A stretch of DNA of 64,000 bases, taken from positions 581-64,580 of the forward strand of contig WTGP01000053.1 of the NCBI GenBank assembly GCA_011523505.1, in the 5' to 3' direction. Both the position numbers and the translations under genes were made by a program. Below the pieces are notes generated by a model. The model saw only the letters and a program-made list of their open reading frames with translations. It did not search any database and was not told the origin of the DNA. The DNA comes from Gammaproteobacteria bacterium (lineage in GTDB: Bacteria > Pseudomonadota > Gammaproteobacteria > Steroidobacterales > Foliamicaceae). The stretch's first letter is position 1; every line of letters starts with the position of its first letter. Shown here in pieces: positions 23,317 to 33,300 of this stretch.

Positions 23317-24645
23317 TCAGCGCGCGTCCCTGACGACGCGGCCGCCCTGAATCACGACCTGTACATTCCTGAGCGCCGAGATATCGCTGAGCGGGTTGCC
23401 GTAGACGGCAATCAGGTCGGCGATCCTGCCCGGCTCCACCGTTCCCAGTTCGTCTTCCATGCCGATCAGCGCCGCGGCGTTCACGGTGGCTGTAACGATC
23501 GCTTCTTCCGGGGTCAGGCCGTGCTCGACGTACAACTCGAGCTCGCGCGCATTGTTGCCGTGCTTCGTGACCCCGGCGTCGGTGCCGGCCGCGATCGTGA
23601 CGCCGGCTTTGTGCGCGGCGAATATGCGGGGTCCGTGATTGTCGAGAAAGCTCTGCATCAGGCCTACCATCTCGTCGCCAGCACTGCCGATGTCCGCGCG
23701 GATGTTGTCCTGCACGGCCAGCGTCGGCACCAGGTAGACGCCGTTCTCGACCATGATCCGATGCGATTCCGCGTTATTGAAAGAACCATGTTCTATCGAC
23801 GACGCGCCCAGACGGGCAGCGAGATTGATGCCGTCGGTGCCGTGTGCGTGCGCTGCCACCTTCAGGTCGCGGGAGCCGGCCACGTCGACGATCGCCCGAA
23901 ACTCGTCCTCGAGAATGACCGACGGCGCGAACTCGTTACCGCAGGGCTTCGAGCCGCTGCAGGTGGCCACGACCTTGATCAGATCGGCGCCCATGTCGAT
24001 CTGCACACGCGTTGCGCGGCGGCAGGACTCCACGCTCCAGCAGGCGCCCGGCCCTTCGTCGGCGCCCATCCGGATCAGGTGCCCTGCTGTGATGATGCGG
24101 GGGCCGGTCAGGGCGCCGTCGCGAATCCCGTCGCGCAGCGCGAAGATATGCCAACCGTCGGCGCCGACGTTCCGGACGGTCGTAAACCCGGCCTCGAGCG
24201 TTTTCCTGGCATTGACGATCGCGTTGACCAGGAAATACGCATCGTCCTTCGCGGCGCGGTACTGAACCGCATACTGATCGGATACCCCGTAACTGCGCTG
24301 GCCCTCGACGCCGAACTCCATGGACAGGTGCACGTGCATGTCCATCAGGCCGGGCAGCACTACGGCGTCCCTCAGATCCAGAAGCTCCGGGATTGCGCTT
24401 TCGCTGCCCGCCACGTCCGTGGGATCGAGGAAGCCGTCCCGGACCGCGGCAATCCTTCCATCGGTTACGAAGATGGTCTGGTCCGTGAGCACGTCGCTGC
24501 CCGGCACGGCAATCACCGTTCCGGCATGAATGACCAGCCCGCCCGACTGCTGCCGAGCGGATTCCGATTGAGACGCGAGCGCCGGTCCCAGGCAGACAAG
24601 CACCGTGCCGGCCAGCGCTCTTCGCAGAAGCCGTTTCCAGTTCAT
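23317..24645 (-). CDS. Secreted metal-dependent amidohydrolase (amidohydrolase_1 type, COG1228-like)
   Basis: Motifs LPGLMDMHVHL (HxH), KVAAHAHG, IEHG and AGTDAG. The start is placed at internal ATG 24645, giving MNWKRLLRRALAGTVLVCLGPALASQ (signal peptide) preceded by GGGGGGAG. The maximal ORF start at 24687 would overlap the sulfatase gene. Confidence 0.85.
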   Translation of the reverse strand: MNWKRLLRRALAGTVLVCLGPALASQSESARQQSGGLVIHAGTVIAVPGSDVLTDQTIFVTDGRIAAVRDGFLDPTDVAGSESAIPELLDLRDAVVLPGLMDMHVHLSMEFGVEGQRSYGVSDQYAVQYRAAKDDAYFLVNAIVNARKTLEAGFTTVRNVGADGWHIFALRDGIRDGALTGPRIITAGHLIRMGADEGPGACWSVESCRRATRVQIDMGADLIKVVATCSGSKPCGNEFAPSVILEDEFRAIVDVAGSRDLKVAAHAHGTDGINLAARLGASSIEHGSFNNAESHRIMVENGVYLVPTLAVQDNIRADIGSAGDEMVGLMQSFLDNHGPRIFAAHKAGVTIAAGTDAGVTKHGNNARELELYVEHGLTPEEAIVTATVNAAALIGMEDELGTVEPGRIADLIAVYGNPLSDISALRNVQVVIQGGRVVRDAR

Positions 24646-24664
24646 CGCTCCCCCCAGAACCCCG

Positions 24665-26032
24665 CTACCGGGGATACGTTGCTTCAAGGTCGCGCGTTCG
24701 CAACGCGTCGAAATGCCTTCGGGCGCTCGTCAGCGCTTCCTTGTGTTCGTTCAGTATGCCCGGAAAGCGGTCGGCGTAGCTGTAGGCCTCGCCGTCAACG
24801 CCGTCGGCGTCCAGCAGCATCTCGTACGGCGCGGCAAAACCCGGAAGCTGGTCGAACTTCTCGAATGCGCCGAGGCTGCCGAGATAGTACGCATGGGTCA
24901 CGTATTTCCAGTCCTGCGAACGCACGCCGACCACGCGCTCGTTGTTGAAGTAATAGAGGAAGTCATGCGGCGACTCGTCCGTGCCCCTGAAGACGGGCAG
25001 CAGGCTGCGCCCGTCCACCGCGCTCGCAGCGGGCTCAAGGTCGAGTACGTCGGCGATCGTCGGCAGCAGGTCTATGTTCATCGCCATGGCGCCGGTCACC
25101 CGGCCGGCAGCGATGACACCGGGCCAGCTCGCAATCAGGGGCACCCGGTAGCCGCCGTCCCATGAAGTCCCCTTGCCGCCCCTGAGTCCGCCGGTCCCGC
25201 CTTCGAAGAACGGCCCGTTGTCGCTGGTGAATATGACCAGCGTGTTCTCCGAAACGCCATGCTCTTCGAGCGCCGCGAGCACCTGCCCGGTGCTCCAGTC
25301 CAACTCTTCAACCGTATCGCCGTACAGGCCCGCGCCGGATTTCCCGAGAAACTCGTCGGAAGCGTAAAGGGGGATGTGCGGAAAGGTATGCGCGAGGAAC
25401 AGCATGAAGGGCGCGGCCGAATTCTCCGTGATGAAACGCACGGCCCGGTCCGTATACCTGGCGGTAAGCGAGCCCTGGTCCACCGGCTGCTCGACCAGCA
25501 CGTCGCCTTCGTAGAGCGCGAAATTCGGCATGTCATTGCTTGCCGGAGCGCCGAAGAACCCGTCGAAGCCATGTTTCAGCGGGAGATGTTCGGGGAAATT
25601 GCCGAGATGCCATTTGCCCACGTAGAGCGTCTCGTAGCCACGCCGCTTCACCAGATCGCCCAGCGTTTCCTCCGCCTCCGGCAGGCCATGCGTCGACTCC
25701 GCGTCGACCACCTTGAACGCCAGGCCCGAACGAATCGCATAGCGGCCGGTCATCAGCCCAGCCCGCGAAGGGGAGCAGACGTTGGCGCTGGCATACCCTT
25801 GCGTAAACTGCAATCCGCCCGCCGCCAGGCGGTCGATGTTCGGCGTACTGATCCTTTTGGCGCCGTACGCGCCGATGTCCCCGTAACCGAGATCGTCGGC
25901 GAGGATTACGACGATATTGGGCGCCTCGGCGGGATTGCCCGGCGCCGGCGTGTCCGGACCCGAGCAGCCCGCCGCCAGCAGCAGAACCGCCGCGATTCCG
26001 CGCAGGCGGGCGCGTGCGTGGCGTGCCGGCAA
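24665..26032 (-). CDS. Cys-type (arylsulfatase-like) sulfatase, predicted lipoprotein
   Basis: N-terminal sulfatase signature IVVILADDLGYGDIGAYG...NVCSPSRAGLMTGRY (C-x-P-x-R FGly motif). Lipobox LLLAAGC|S. TTG start. Confidence 0.9.
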   Translation of the reverse strand: MPARHARARLRGIAAVLLLAAGCSGPDTPAPGNPAEAPNIVVILADDLGYGDIGAYGAKRISTPNIDRLAAGGLQFTQGYASANVCSPSRAGLMTGRYAIRSGLAFKVVDAESTHGLPEAEETLGDLVKRRGYETLYVGKWHLGNFPEHLPLKHGFDGFFGAPASNDMPNFALYEGDVLVEQPVDQGSLTARYTDRAVRFITENSAAPFMLFLAHTFPHIPLYASDEFLGKSGAGLYGDTVEELDWSTGQVLAALEEHGVSENTLVIFTSDNGPFFEGGTGGLRGGKGTSWDGGYRVPLIASWPGVIAAGRVTGAMAMNIDLLPTIADVLDLEPAASAVDGRSLLPVFRGTDESPHDFLYYFNNERVVGVRSQDWKYVTHAYYLGSLGAFEKFDQLPGFAAPYEMLLDADGVDGEAYSYADRFPGILNEHKEALTSARRHFDALRTRDLEATYPR

Positions 26033-26040
26033 GAGTCCTC

Positions 26041-28533
26041 TTAGAAGTCCGCGGTCATTGTCCAGGCAAGGTTGACGAACTGGCCGCCGGGCGTGGTCAC
26101 GGCGCCCGAATGCGAGAAGCTGTCCACGCCCGAGTAATAGTCCTCGTCCAGCAGGTTCGACATATTGAGCGTCAGGCTGTGATTGCTCCAGTCCAGTCCC
26201 GCCTGAAGGTTCACGATCGTCGCGGAGGGCGAAACCCGGGGGAACACCGAGGCCGGAATGTCCGAGAAACGCGCCACCATTTCCGAGCGGTAGTTTGCCG
26301 TCAGCCGCACATAGCCGCTGAAGCCGTTCGCTTCCCAGTCATACTGCCCGGAGACGGACGCTGTCGTTTCCGGCGCGCTGGGCAGCTCTTCGCCGCTCAC
26401 GTCGCCCTGGGGCGCGTTGGCGAAACTGTCGAACTTGGCGTCCATGAATCCGATCGCGGCCATCAGCGTGATCGAATCGCCGACCAGGGTCTGGGCGCTG
26501 ATCTCGAGGCCCTGGCTGCTGGCGGAATCGGCGTTCGCCACGACGTTAAGCGGGGCAAAGCCGGTCCCGTTGGGCGGGCAATCCGCCGGCGAGGGCCTGA
26601 TTTCCTGCCCGGGCAGACAGCGCGTCTGCGCCAGGCGGACCTGCATGTCCTCCCAGTCCATGCGGAAGACGGCGGCCTCCACCTGGGTGCGGCGATTGTT
26701 CAGGAAGGCCTTCCAGCCGATCTCGTAATTGGTGACGGTTTCCTCGTCAAACTGTGAGCGCGGGTCATAGCTTGGACCGCCGGTGCGGGACACGCCATCG
26801 GGCGCGGTCCGGGCCCCCGGCGCCCGATAGCCGGTGGAGATCGTCGCGTAGGCAGACGCATCGTCGCTGTAGTTCCAGTTGAGCGCCACGCGGGGGGAGA
26901 AGTTGCTGCCGTCGTTGCTGGTATCCAGATAGGGATTGTCCACCGTCTGGTTGAACCGACCGCCGCTCGTGAACTGAGCGCCGTTGGGGCCGGTGTAGAT
27001 CAGCACGTCCTGTTCCGGTTGCAGCGCGCAATTGTCAAGGAACGGGGCCGGCACGCCATCGACCACCGCGCGGCGGCCGCAGGCGAAGGACGCGTAGGTG
27101 TTTTGCCAGAACTGGCGGTCGTCGTCGGACGAATACCGGCCGCTGACCGATACCGTCACCGCGTCCGTGACCTCGAACCCGAGGTCGAAGAAGGCCGCGA
27201 AGCCGTCCCGCTGCACGGTGATCTCGTTCTCGTTGGGATGGTCGCCCGGGGTCGTGGCGCCCAGCGGCCCTCCGCCCGGGAATCGGCCGGCCTCGATCAC
27301 ATCGGCGCCGGAGATGATCGTGTTGTTCACCTGCGCTTCATCGTCGTAGGCGATGGCGCCCACCATCCATTGCACGGGCGTCGCACCCATCATCAGGGGT
27401 TCGGTCGAGAAAAGGCGCACTTCCTGGCTGATGGACTCGCTCTCGTAGTCGGAAATCCGATTGAAGAAATTCATGCCGCTGTTGTCGATGTCCTCGTACT
27501 GATACATGTCGCTGTCGATCATTCCGGTAATCGCGGTAATGCCGAATCGCGAGCCCAGGTACTCGAGTTTCGCGGTCAGGACCAGGTTCTCGACGTCGGT
27601 GTATCCGGGCTGGTCTTCGCACATCTTGTCGCTGTTGCCGTTTTCGGCGAATATCGAATCGCCCAGGCCGCAGGTCGGAGCATCCGCTACGGGTCCGCCG
27701 GAAGCATTGAACAGGAACCCGGCCGGTCCGGACATGCTCGGAATGCGCGCCTGCTGGTGGTCCTCTTCCTCGATGTACTGCCCCGCCAGGTCGATGGTCC
27801 AGTCGCCCGGCTGCCAGCGCACGGCGGCGCGCATGTTGAGGTTGTCGTAACCCGTGTCATTGCCGTTGGGATGCAGGTTGTCCACATATCCGTCGCTGGA
27901 GGTGAACGCCGCGCCGCCGCGCGCGAACAGCTCGTCGTTGACGGGCACGTTCCCGATCAGGCCGTATTCGTAACCGCCGTGATTGCCGACGGCCAGCCGG
28001 ACCTTGGCCATGCCGTTCTCGTCGGGTTTCTTCGAGATGACGTTGATCGCGCCGCCGGTCGCGTTGCGCCCGAAGTAGGTCCCTTGTGGACCGCGCAGGA
28101 CCTCGATGCGCTCGATGTCGTCCAGGGGCGGATTGGCGCTGCCGCTGGCCACGAAGGCGGTGCTGAAATCGTCGACGAAATAGCCGATGGTGGGCCGGGA
28201 CTGGATCAGGCGCTCGTTGCCGCCGTTGGTCAGGTCGCCCAGTCCACGAATCGAGATATCGCCGTTCTTGTTGCCCTGCTGATCGTTGGCCGTGAACGCA
28301 ACATTGGGCGTCATCTCCAGGAAGTCCCTGGCGCCCTTGAAATTACTGCGTTCGATCTGCTCCGCGGAAAACGCCGTAATGCTGATCGGCACGTCCTGCA
28401 GGGTCTGCTCGCGGCGCTGCGCGGTCACGATGATCTCTTCGAGCGCCTGCGCGCCGTCTTCCTGCGCGGGCAGTGACGCCGGCACGCTCAGCGCCAGCAG
28501 CGGCAAAAGTGAAAAAATGGTCCTTTTGGTCAT
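26041..28533 (-). CDS. TonB-dependent outer-membrane receptor
   Basis: Signal peptide MTKRTIFSLLPLLALSVPASLPAQ; plug/TonB-box region LEEIIVTAQRREQTLQDVPISITAF; C-terminal ...NLAWTMTADF (terminal Phe). The start is placed at the second ATG (28533). Confidence 0.9.
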   Translation of the reverse strand: MTKRTIFSLLPLLALSVPASLPAQEDGAQALEEIIVTAQRREQTLQDVPISITAFSAEQIERSNFKGARDFLEMTPNVAFTANDQQGNKNGDISIRGLGDLTNGGNERLIQSRPTIGYFVDDFSTAFVASGSANPPLDDIERIEVLRGPQGTYFGRNATGGAINVISKKPDENGMAKVRLAVGNHGGYEYGLIGNVPVNDELFARGGAAFTSSDGYVDNLHPNGNDTGYDNLNMRAAVRWQPGDWTIDLAGQYIEEEDHQQARIPSMSGPAGFLFNASGGPVADAPTCGLGDSIFAENGNSDKMCEDQPGYTDVENLVLTAKLEYLGSRFGITAITGMIDSDMYQYEDIDNSGMNFFNRISDYESESISQEVRLFSTEPLMMGATPVQWMVGAIAYDDEAQVNNTIISGADVIEAGRFPGGGPLGATTPGDHPNENEITVQRDGFAAFFDLGFEVTDAVTVSVSGRYSSDDDRQFWQNTYASFACGRRAVVDGVPAPFLDNCALQPEQDVLIYTGPNGAQFTSGGRFNQTVDNPYLDTSNDGSNFSPRVALNWNYSDDASAYATISTGYRAPGARTAPDGVSRTGGPSYDPRSQFDEETVTNYEIGWKAFLNNRRTQVEAAVFRMDWEDMQVRLAQTRCLPGQEIRPSPADCPPNGTGFAPLNVVANADSASSQGLEISAQTLVGDSITLMAAIGFMDAKFDSFANAPQGDVSGEELPSAPETTASVSGQYDWEANGFSGYVRLTANYRSEMVARFSDIPASVFPRVSPSATIVNLQAGLDWSNHSLTLNMSNLLDEDYYSGVDSFSHSGAVTTPGGQFVNLAWTMTADF

Positions 28534-28603
28534 TGGGTCCCCCTTGTGGGCAACGCCTGGCGGGCCCCGGGGCGCCGCAGGCTCCATGGATCACAGGGCA
28601 AAC

Positions 28604-28633
28604 ACTTTACAACTAAACCTTTTGGGCCGTCAA
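28604..28633 (-). promoter_or_regulatory. Putative sigma70 promoter upstream of the TonB-dependent receptor gene (TTGACG - 18 nt - TAAAGT)
   Basis: The reverse complement of 28604-28633 reads TTGACGgcccaaaaggtttagttgTAAAGT. It lies in the 119-nt gap between dctM and the receptor gene. Motif match only. Confidence 0.3.
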
Positions 28634-28652
28634 TCGGGTGCGCCGGGGCCGT

Positions 28653-29945
28653 TCAGGACATCAGGTTCGGCAGCAGCAGCGCGATGGCCGGCAGGAGGAT
28701 CAGGAGGGCGAGCCGCAGGAAATCCGCCAGCAGGAACGGGCCCAGTCCGCGGAATATCTTCTGCACGGGCACGTCCGGCAGCATCGAGCCGACCACGAAG
28801 ACGTTCATCCCCACCGGCGGCGTGATGAGTCCGATCTCCGCGACGATGATGACGAAGATGCCGAACCAGACGGGGTCAAAGCCCACCCCGATGAGCACCG
28901 GGAAGAAGATGGGCAGGGTCAGCAACAGCAGCGAACTGCTCTCCAGGATGCAGCCGAGCGCCAGGAACACGAGGACCGTGATTCCCAGTATGGTCATCGC
29001 CGAAAAACCGGAATCCGAGATCAGCTCCAGCAGGATGACCGGCACGCCGGTAATGGTCACGAGGTTGGCGAACAGCAGCGCGCCCAGGAACACAAGAAAG
29101 AGGCTGACCGACGTCTTGACGGTGCTGACCAGGGCCTTCATCAGGGCCGCGACCGTGAGTTGCCGCCGGATCAGCGAAATCGCAAGGGCGCCGGCCGCGC
29201 CGACGCCGGCCGCCTCCATCGCGGTGAAGACTCCGATGTATATGCCGCCGATGATGAGCGTGAACAGCGCCAGGATCGGCCACACGCCGGTCAGCGAACG
29301 CAGGCGCACGCCCCAGCCGCTCCTTTCCCCGGAGGGACCATAGGCGGGGCGCCAGCGGGTAACGGCAGCGATCGTGAGCATGTACAGCGCGATCGTAAGA
29401 AGGCCGGGCAGAATGCCGGCGATCATCATCTTCGCCAGCGATACGCCGGTAATGAGCGAATAGAAGACCATGCCGACGCTGGGCGGAATGAGAACGCCCA
29501 GCGTGCCGCCCACGGCCACGGATGCGGCGGCGAAACCGGGCTCGTAGCGGTATTCGCGCATTTCCGGCACGGATATCCCCGTCATTGTTGCGGCGCAGGC
29601 GTAGCTGGAGCCCGAAATCGCCGCAAAGCCGCCGCTGGCGCCGATCGTGGCCATGGCCAGCCCGCCGCGGCGATGGCCGAGGAAGGCGTAGGCGCAGGCG
29701 TACAGGTCCCGGGCCAGCCCGGTACGCCCGATGATGTTGCCCATCAGTATGAACAGGGGCAGTACCGAGAAGTTGTAGTTCGTGGCCGCGTCCAGGCCGA
29801 CCTGGCCGATCATGATGAAAGCGGCGTCGGGGCCGCGCACGAACGCGAAACCGGCCACGCCGACCAGGGCAAGACTGAACGCGATCGGCAGGCCGGCCAG
29901 CAGCAACAACAGCAGCAGTACGACCGCCGCGACGAAAAGGGTCAC
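28653..29945 (-). CDS. TRAP transporter large permease subunit (DctM family)
   Basis: Polytopic membrane protein with typical DctM segments (LPIAFSLALVGVAGF..., ITPPVGMNVFVV). The start is placed at GTG 29945, which forms a GTGA overlap with the dctQ stop and gives a 430-aa protein. The long N-terminal extension in the ORF track is R/G-rich junk. Confidence 0.85.
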   Translation of the reverse strand: MTLFVAAVVLLLLLLLAGLPIAFSLALVGVAGFAFVRGPDAAFIMIGQVGLDAATNYNFSVLPLFILMGNIIGRTGLARDLYACAYAFLGHRRGGLAMATIGASGGFAAISGSSYACAATMTGISVPEMREYRYEPGFAAASVAVGGTLGVLIPPSVGMVFYSLITGVSLAKMMIAGILPGLLTIALYMLTIAAVTRWRPAYGPSGERSGWGVRLRSLTGVWPILALFTLIIGGIYIGVFTAMEAAGVGAAGALAISLIRRQLTVAALMKALVSTVKTSVSLFLVFLGALLFANLVTITGVPVILLELISDSGFSAMTILGITVLVFLALGCILESSSLLLLTLPIFFPVLIGVGFDPVWFGIFVIIVAEIGLITPPVGMNVFVVGSMLPDVPVQKIFRGLGPFLLADFLRLALLILLPAIALLLPNLMS

Positions 29946-30424
29946 GCCCGCTCCTCCCCGGGATCCGGGTCGGCAAAGAGATTGCCGATGGCGAACAGGA
30001 CGGCGACGCCCGTCGTGACCGCGGCGTAGCCCGCCATCCAGCTGACCGGGATGCGGATCGACTCGAAGTATTCGCCGTTGCCGGAAAAATACGCCGTCTG
30101 CCAGAACATCTGGCCGGCCAGGACCGCCAGGGCGACGACGATGACGATCTTGACGGCGAAGTCCCGCCACTTCCTTTGGCCTGGCGTCATTCGCCCGTCC
30201 AGCAGGCGCACGCGCAGGTGCTCGTCATCGAGGACCACAAGAGGCAGCCCGGTAAACACGAGCAGGCAGACCAGGCACTGAACGAGCACGTGACCGCCGG
30301 GCACGGGCTGTCCCAGGAAGTAGCGGCCGATCACGTCGACGAAGGTCAGCAGCATCAGCACGATCAGCAGCCCTCCCGTGAGCCGCTGGAGGATCCGCCT
30401 GGAGAGCGTCAGAAAACGCTTCAC
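29942..30424 (-). CDS. TRAP transporter small permease subunit (DctQ family)
   Basis: 160-aa product with 4 hydrophobic helices, located between the DctP and DctM genes. GTG 30424 forms a GTGA overlap with the dctP stop. Confidence 0.75.
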   Translation of the reverse strand: MKRFLTLSRRILQRLTGGLLIVLMLLTFVDVIGRYFLGQPVPGGHVLVQCLVCLLVFTGLPLVVLDDEHLRVRLLDGRMTPGQRKWRDFAVKIVIVVALAVLAGQMFWQTAYFSGNGEYFESIRIPVSWMAGYAAVTTGVAVLFAIGNLFADPDPGEERA

Positions 30425-31521
30425 TGCGCGGTCTCCCCTTCGTCCCCCGCGACTTCGCCTGCCGGGCGCGGCGGCGCGAGCCGCTCGCTCTCGCGCCGCA
30501 CCTCCCCGCGGAAGTACCGAAGCGCCGCCCCGGCGTCCACCCCCGCGGCCGCGGCCTTCTCCATCCATTCGGTGTCCAGGAACGCAGTGGCCTCACGCAG
30601 TTCGTCGTCGAACCCGGCGGCGGTCTCGACATCGACGATGCCGGCCGCCAGCATTTCCCGCGCCGACGCCGCTCCTTCCCTGTTGAAGACCTTCGCCGCG
30701 CGGCGGCCGTACGTTTCCCCCGAAATCCGCAGTATCGCCGCCTGGTCCGCGGCGGAAATGCGCGACCAGCTCCCGGCGTTGGCGGTCAGGAAAAACCCCC
30801 CGAAGCTCAGGCCCACGCCGCCGGCCAGGCGCGTCTGATAGCGAAGATACGGCTGCAGGCCCAAACGGGTCACGCCGCTGTAGGGCATGCTCACGCCGTC
30901 GAGGATCCCGCGCGACAGCGCATCGTGGATTTCCGGCGCGGTCAGGAACACGGGAATCGCGCCGACGGCGGACAGCAAGCGGGCTCCCACGTCGCTGGGC
31001 GCCGCCATCTTGAGCCCGCGTATGTCGTCAAGCCGCTTGATCGGCTTCTCCACCGTGAACCAGTGCTGGGTGCCGCTGGCGTGCAGCGCCAGCAAGCGCG
31101 TGCCGGCGAATTCCTCGGCCCGGTGGAGAAAGCGCTCGTGCGTGCGCCACAAGGCGACCGAGAGTGCCTCCACGTCGCTGCTGGCCAGAAACGGCGTTTC
31201 ATTGACCTGCGTAACCACGAAGCGGCCCGGCGTCGAGCTCTGGTTTCCTCCGGCGATATCGACCAGTCCGGCCCAGGCCATGTCGAAGTTGCGGCGGTAG
31301 CTGCCCAGCGGCGCCACGCTGAACCTCAGCCTGACCCGCCCTTGCGTGACCCGCGCGACCTCCCCGGCCCAGGGCACGAGCACGTCCTTGTGGTAGAAGT
31401 GATTCGGCGGCGCGACCTGGTTGACGACCAGCTCGACCCGTTCCGTTGCGCTGGCCGCCGGCGGCGCGCAAACGAGTATCAGCGCGCCGATCAGCCCGAG
31501 AGGCCGGGCGGAGCGGTCCAT
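30421..31521 (-). CDS. TRAP transporter periplasmic substrate-binding protein (DctP family)
   Basis: About 366 aa with signal peptide MDRSARPLGLIGALILVCAPPAASA. Assigned from position and translational coupling with the DctQ/DctM genes. The start could be GTG 31530/31527 or ATG 31521. Confidence 0.7.
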   Translation of the reverse strand: MDRSARPLGLIGALILVCAPPAASATERVELVVNQVAPPNHFYHKDVLVPWAGEVARVTQGRVRLRFSVAPLGSYRRNFDMAWAGLVDIAGGNQSSTPGRFVVTQVNETPFLASSDVEALSVALWRTHERFLHRAEEFAGTRLLALHASGTQHWFTVEKPIKRLDDIRGLKMAAPSDVGARLLSAVGAIPVFLTAPEIHDALSRGILDGVSMPYSGVTRLGLQPYLRYQTRLAGGVGLSFGGFFLTANAGSWSRISAADQAAILRISGETYGRRAAKVFNREGAASAREMLAAGIVDVETAAGFDDELREATAFLDTEWMEKAAAAGVDAGAALRYFRGEVRRESERLAPPRPAGEVAGDEGETAQ

Positions 31522-31551
31522 CGGCACCACCGGATTGGGCAGGTCAAGCCC

Positions 31552-32523
31552 CTAAGGTGTCACCTTGACCCGTTGCGTTTGCCTCAGCCTGTCGTCCCAT
31601 GAGCCGCCGAGAAACGCCGCAATGTCCGGGATGACCCGCTCCGGGGCTTCGACATAGGGGTAGTGCCCCAGTCCTTCGTATTTCTTGAGGAAAGTCGGAG
31701 CGGAGGTCATCCAGTGTTGAAATACGTCCCCCTCCAGGTGCATGACCACCGGGTTCGCCTTTCCCCACAGAATCAGAGTCGGCGCCTTTATTCCCGCAAG
31801 GATGGCCTGGGTATCGCCGGTCTCGAAAAAGTACTTTGAAACCGGTGTGGTTTCCGAGCGGCGGTTGACGTCGTAGGCAAGATCTACAAACCAGGAAGGC
31901 GCATCCGCGTCCGACGGAAAATTCCCGTTGACCGTAAACTCCCAATACTCGCGGGGCTTGACCGGCATGTCGTCCCATTGAGCGAGTTCCGGGCGCGCCC
32001 GGTTCGGGTCCGTGCGCGCCGTCCGGGGCATGCCGGCGGAATTGATGAGCACCAGCCGCGTGACGTTTTCCGGGAACCGTGACGCGTAGCGGAACCCGAC
32101 GCTGCCTCCGCTGGACGTCGCTACCAGGGCGAACTGGTCAAGGCCGAGTTCCTCGACAAGGCCGCTCAAGACCTCCACGTTGCGCTCGATAAGGTTGAAC
32201 CTGCCGCCCGGCGGTTCCTTCGTCTCCGGACCGCTCAGTCCCACGTTCGGAAAATCGAACCGAATGACCCGGTGGTCGTTTACAAGTGCTTCCGTCAATC
32301 CGTCCCAGGACAGGAGATTGAAATACGACGCGTGAAGCAGAACGACGACCGGGCCCTGCCCTTCATCGCGGTAATGAATCTCGGCGCCGTCGATGGTCAC
32401 GAACCGGCTGATGTCATTGGCGTATTTCTTGCGAAGATCATCCAGGCTGATCTGCGAAGGGCCTTGCGCCAGGGCCGAAAAAGACACGCCCATCATTGCA
32501 ACGAAAAGAGGAAAGTATTTCAT
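31552..32523 (-). CDS. Secreted alpha/beta-fold hydrolase
   Basis: Signal peptide MKYFPLFVAMMGVSFSALAQ; oxyanion-type VVVLLHASYF; nucleophile elbow LVATSSGGSVGF; C-terminal GLGHYPYVE. Confidence 0.8.
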   Translation of the reverse strand: MKYFPLFVAMMGVSFSALAQGPSQISLDDLRKKYANDISRFVTIDGAEIHYRDEGQGPVVVLLHASYFNLLSWDGLTEALVNDHRVIRFDFPNVGLSGPETKEPPGGRFNLIERNVEVLSGLVEELGLDQFALVATSSGGSVGFRYASRFPENVTRLVLINSAGMPRTARTDPNRARPELAQWDDMPVKPREYWEFTVNGNFPSDADAPSWFVDLAYDVNRRSETTPVSKYFFETGDTQAILAGIKAPTLILWGKANPVVMHLEGDVFQHWMTSAPTFLKKYEGLGHYPYVEAPERVIPDIAAFLGGSWDDRLRQTQRVKVTP

Positions 32524-32553
32524 GGTCGTCCCCGGACGGTGTTCCTCCGAATA

Positions 32554-33294
32554 CTAGTGCATTTGGCGCAAAAAATCGGCCAGAACGTCGTTGTATGCGG
32601 TGGGATGGGTGATTTGGGGCACGTGGCCAGCCCCTTCAATGACCGCCTCTATCGCATTGGGCAGCACTTCGAGAAGCATTGACGAGCCGCTGAGGATGGT
32701 GCCCGATTCTTCGCTGCCCCGGACGACAAGACATGGCGTGGTGTTGCCTTTCAACGAGTCGGCGAAGTCCTCCATGTTGATATGCATTTCCCCGCAGCCC
32801 CGGGCGGTGGCCTCGGAAACGGGCTTGCAACTGCGCGTCAAGGGATCGGCGGCGCGTTCCCCGGCGGGGATATCGCCAAGCTTTACCGCCCACTCCACAA
32901 CAGGCTCGAAGTACTCCCGCGGGGGCGCCTTGCAGGTGGTGCTGCTGAAAACGGCGGCGCCAACGCGGTCTGAGTGGCGGGCGAGGAGTTCCTGCGCAAC
33001 CATGCCGCCCATGGAGTGACCGACGATCGTGGCCCGTTCAACGCCCTCCTGATCAAGGACAGCCAGGGCATCCCCGGACAGGGCGGCAAAGTTATAGCCA
33101 TCGATGTCGGTCCCCTCACTCTCCCCGTGCCCCCTGAGGTCCATGCAGATCAGCCGGTAGTCGGGGCTTAAAACGGGAACCTGATCCCGCCAGAGGGCGA
33201 TGGTGGACGTGTAGCCGTGCATGAACAGGACCGGCGGTCCGGCGCCTTCGGTCTCGTAGTGCAGCTTCAGGGCATCGTTGGTGACGTGGGGCAT
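32554..33294 (-). CDS. Alpha/beta-fold hydrolase (cytoplasmic)
   Basis: PVLFMHGYTS; G-x-S-x-G elbow IVGHSMGGMVAQ; catalytic His region GAGHVPQITHP. Confidence 0.85.
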   Translation of the reverse strand: MPHVTNDALKLHYETEGAGPPVLFMHGYTSTIALWRDQVPVLSPDYRLICMDLRGHGESEGTDIDGYNFAALSGDALAVLDQEGVERATIVGHSMGGMVAQELLARHSDRVGAAVFSSTTCKAPPREYFEPVVEWAVKLGDIPAGERAADPLTRSCKPVSEATARGCGEMHINMEDFADSLKGNTTPCLVVRGSEESGTILSGSSMLLEVLPNAIEAVIEGAGHVPQITHPTAYNDVLADFLRQMH

Positions 33295-33300
33295 GGCCGT

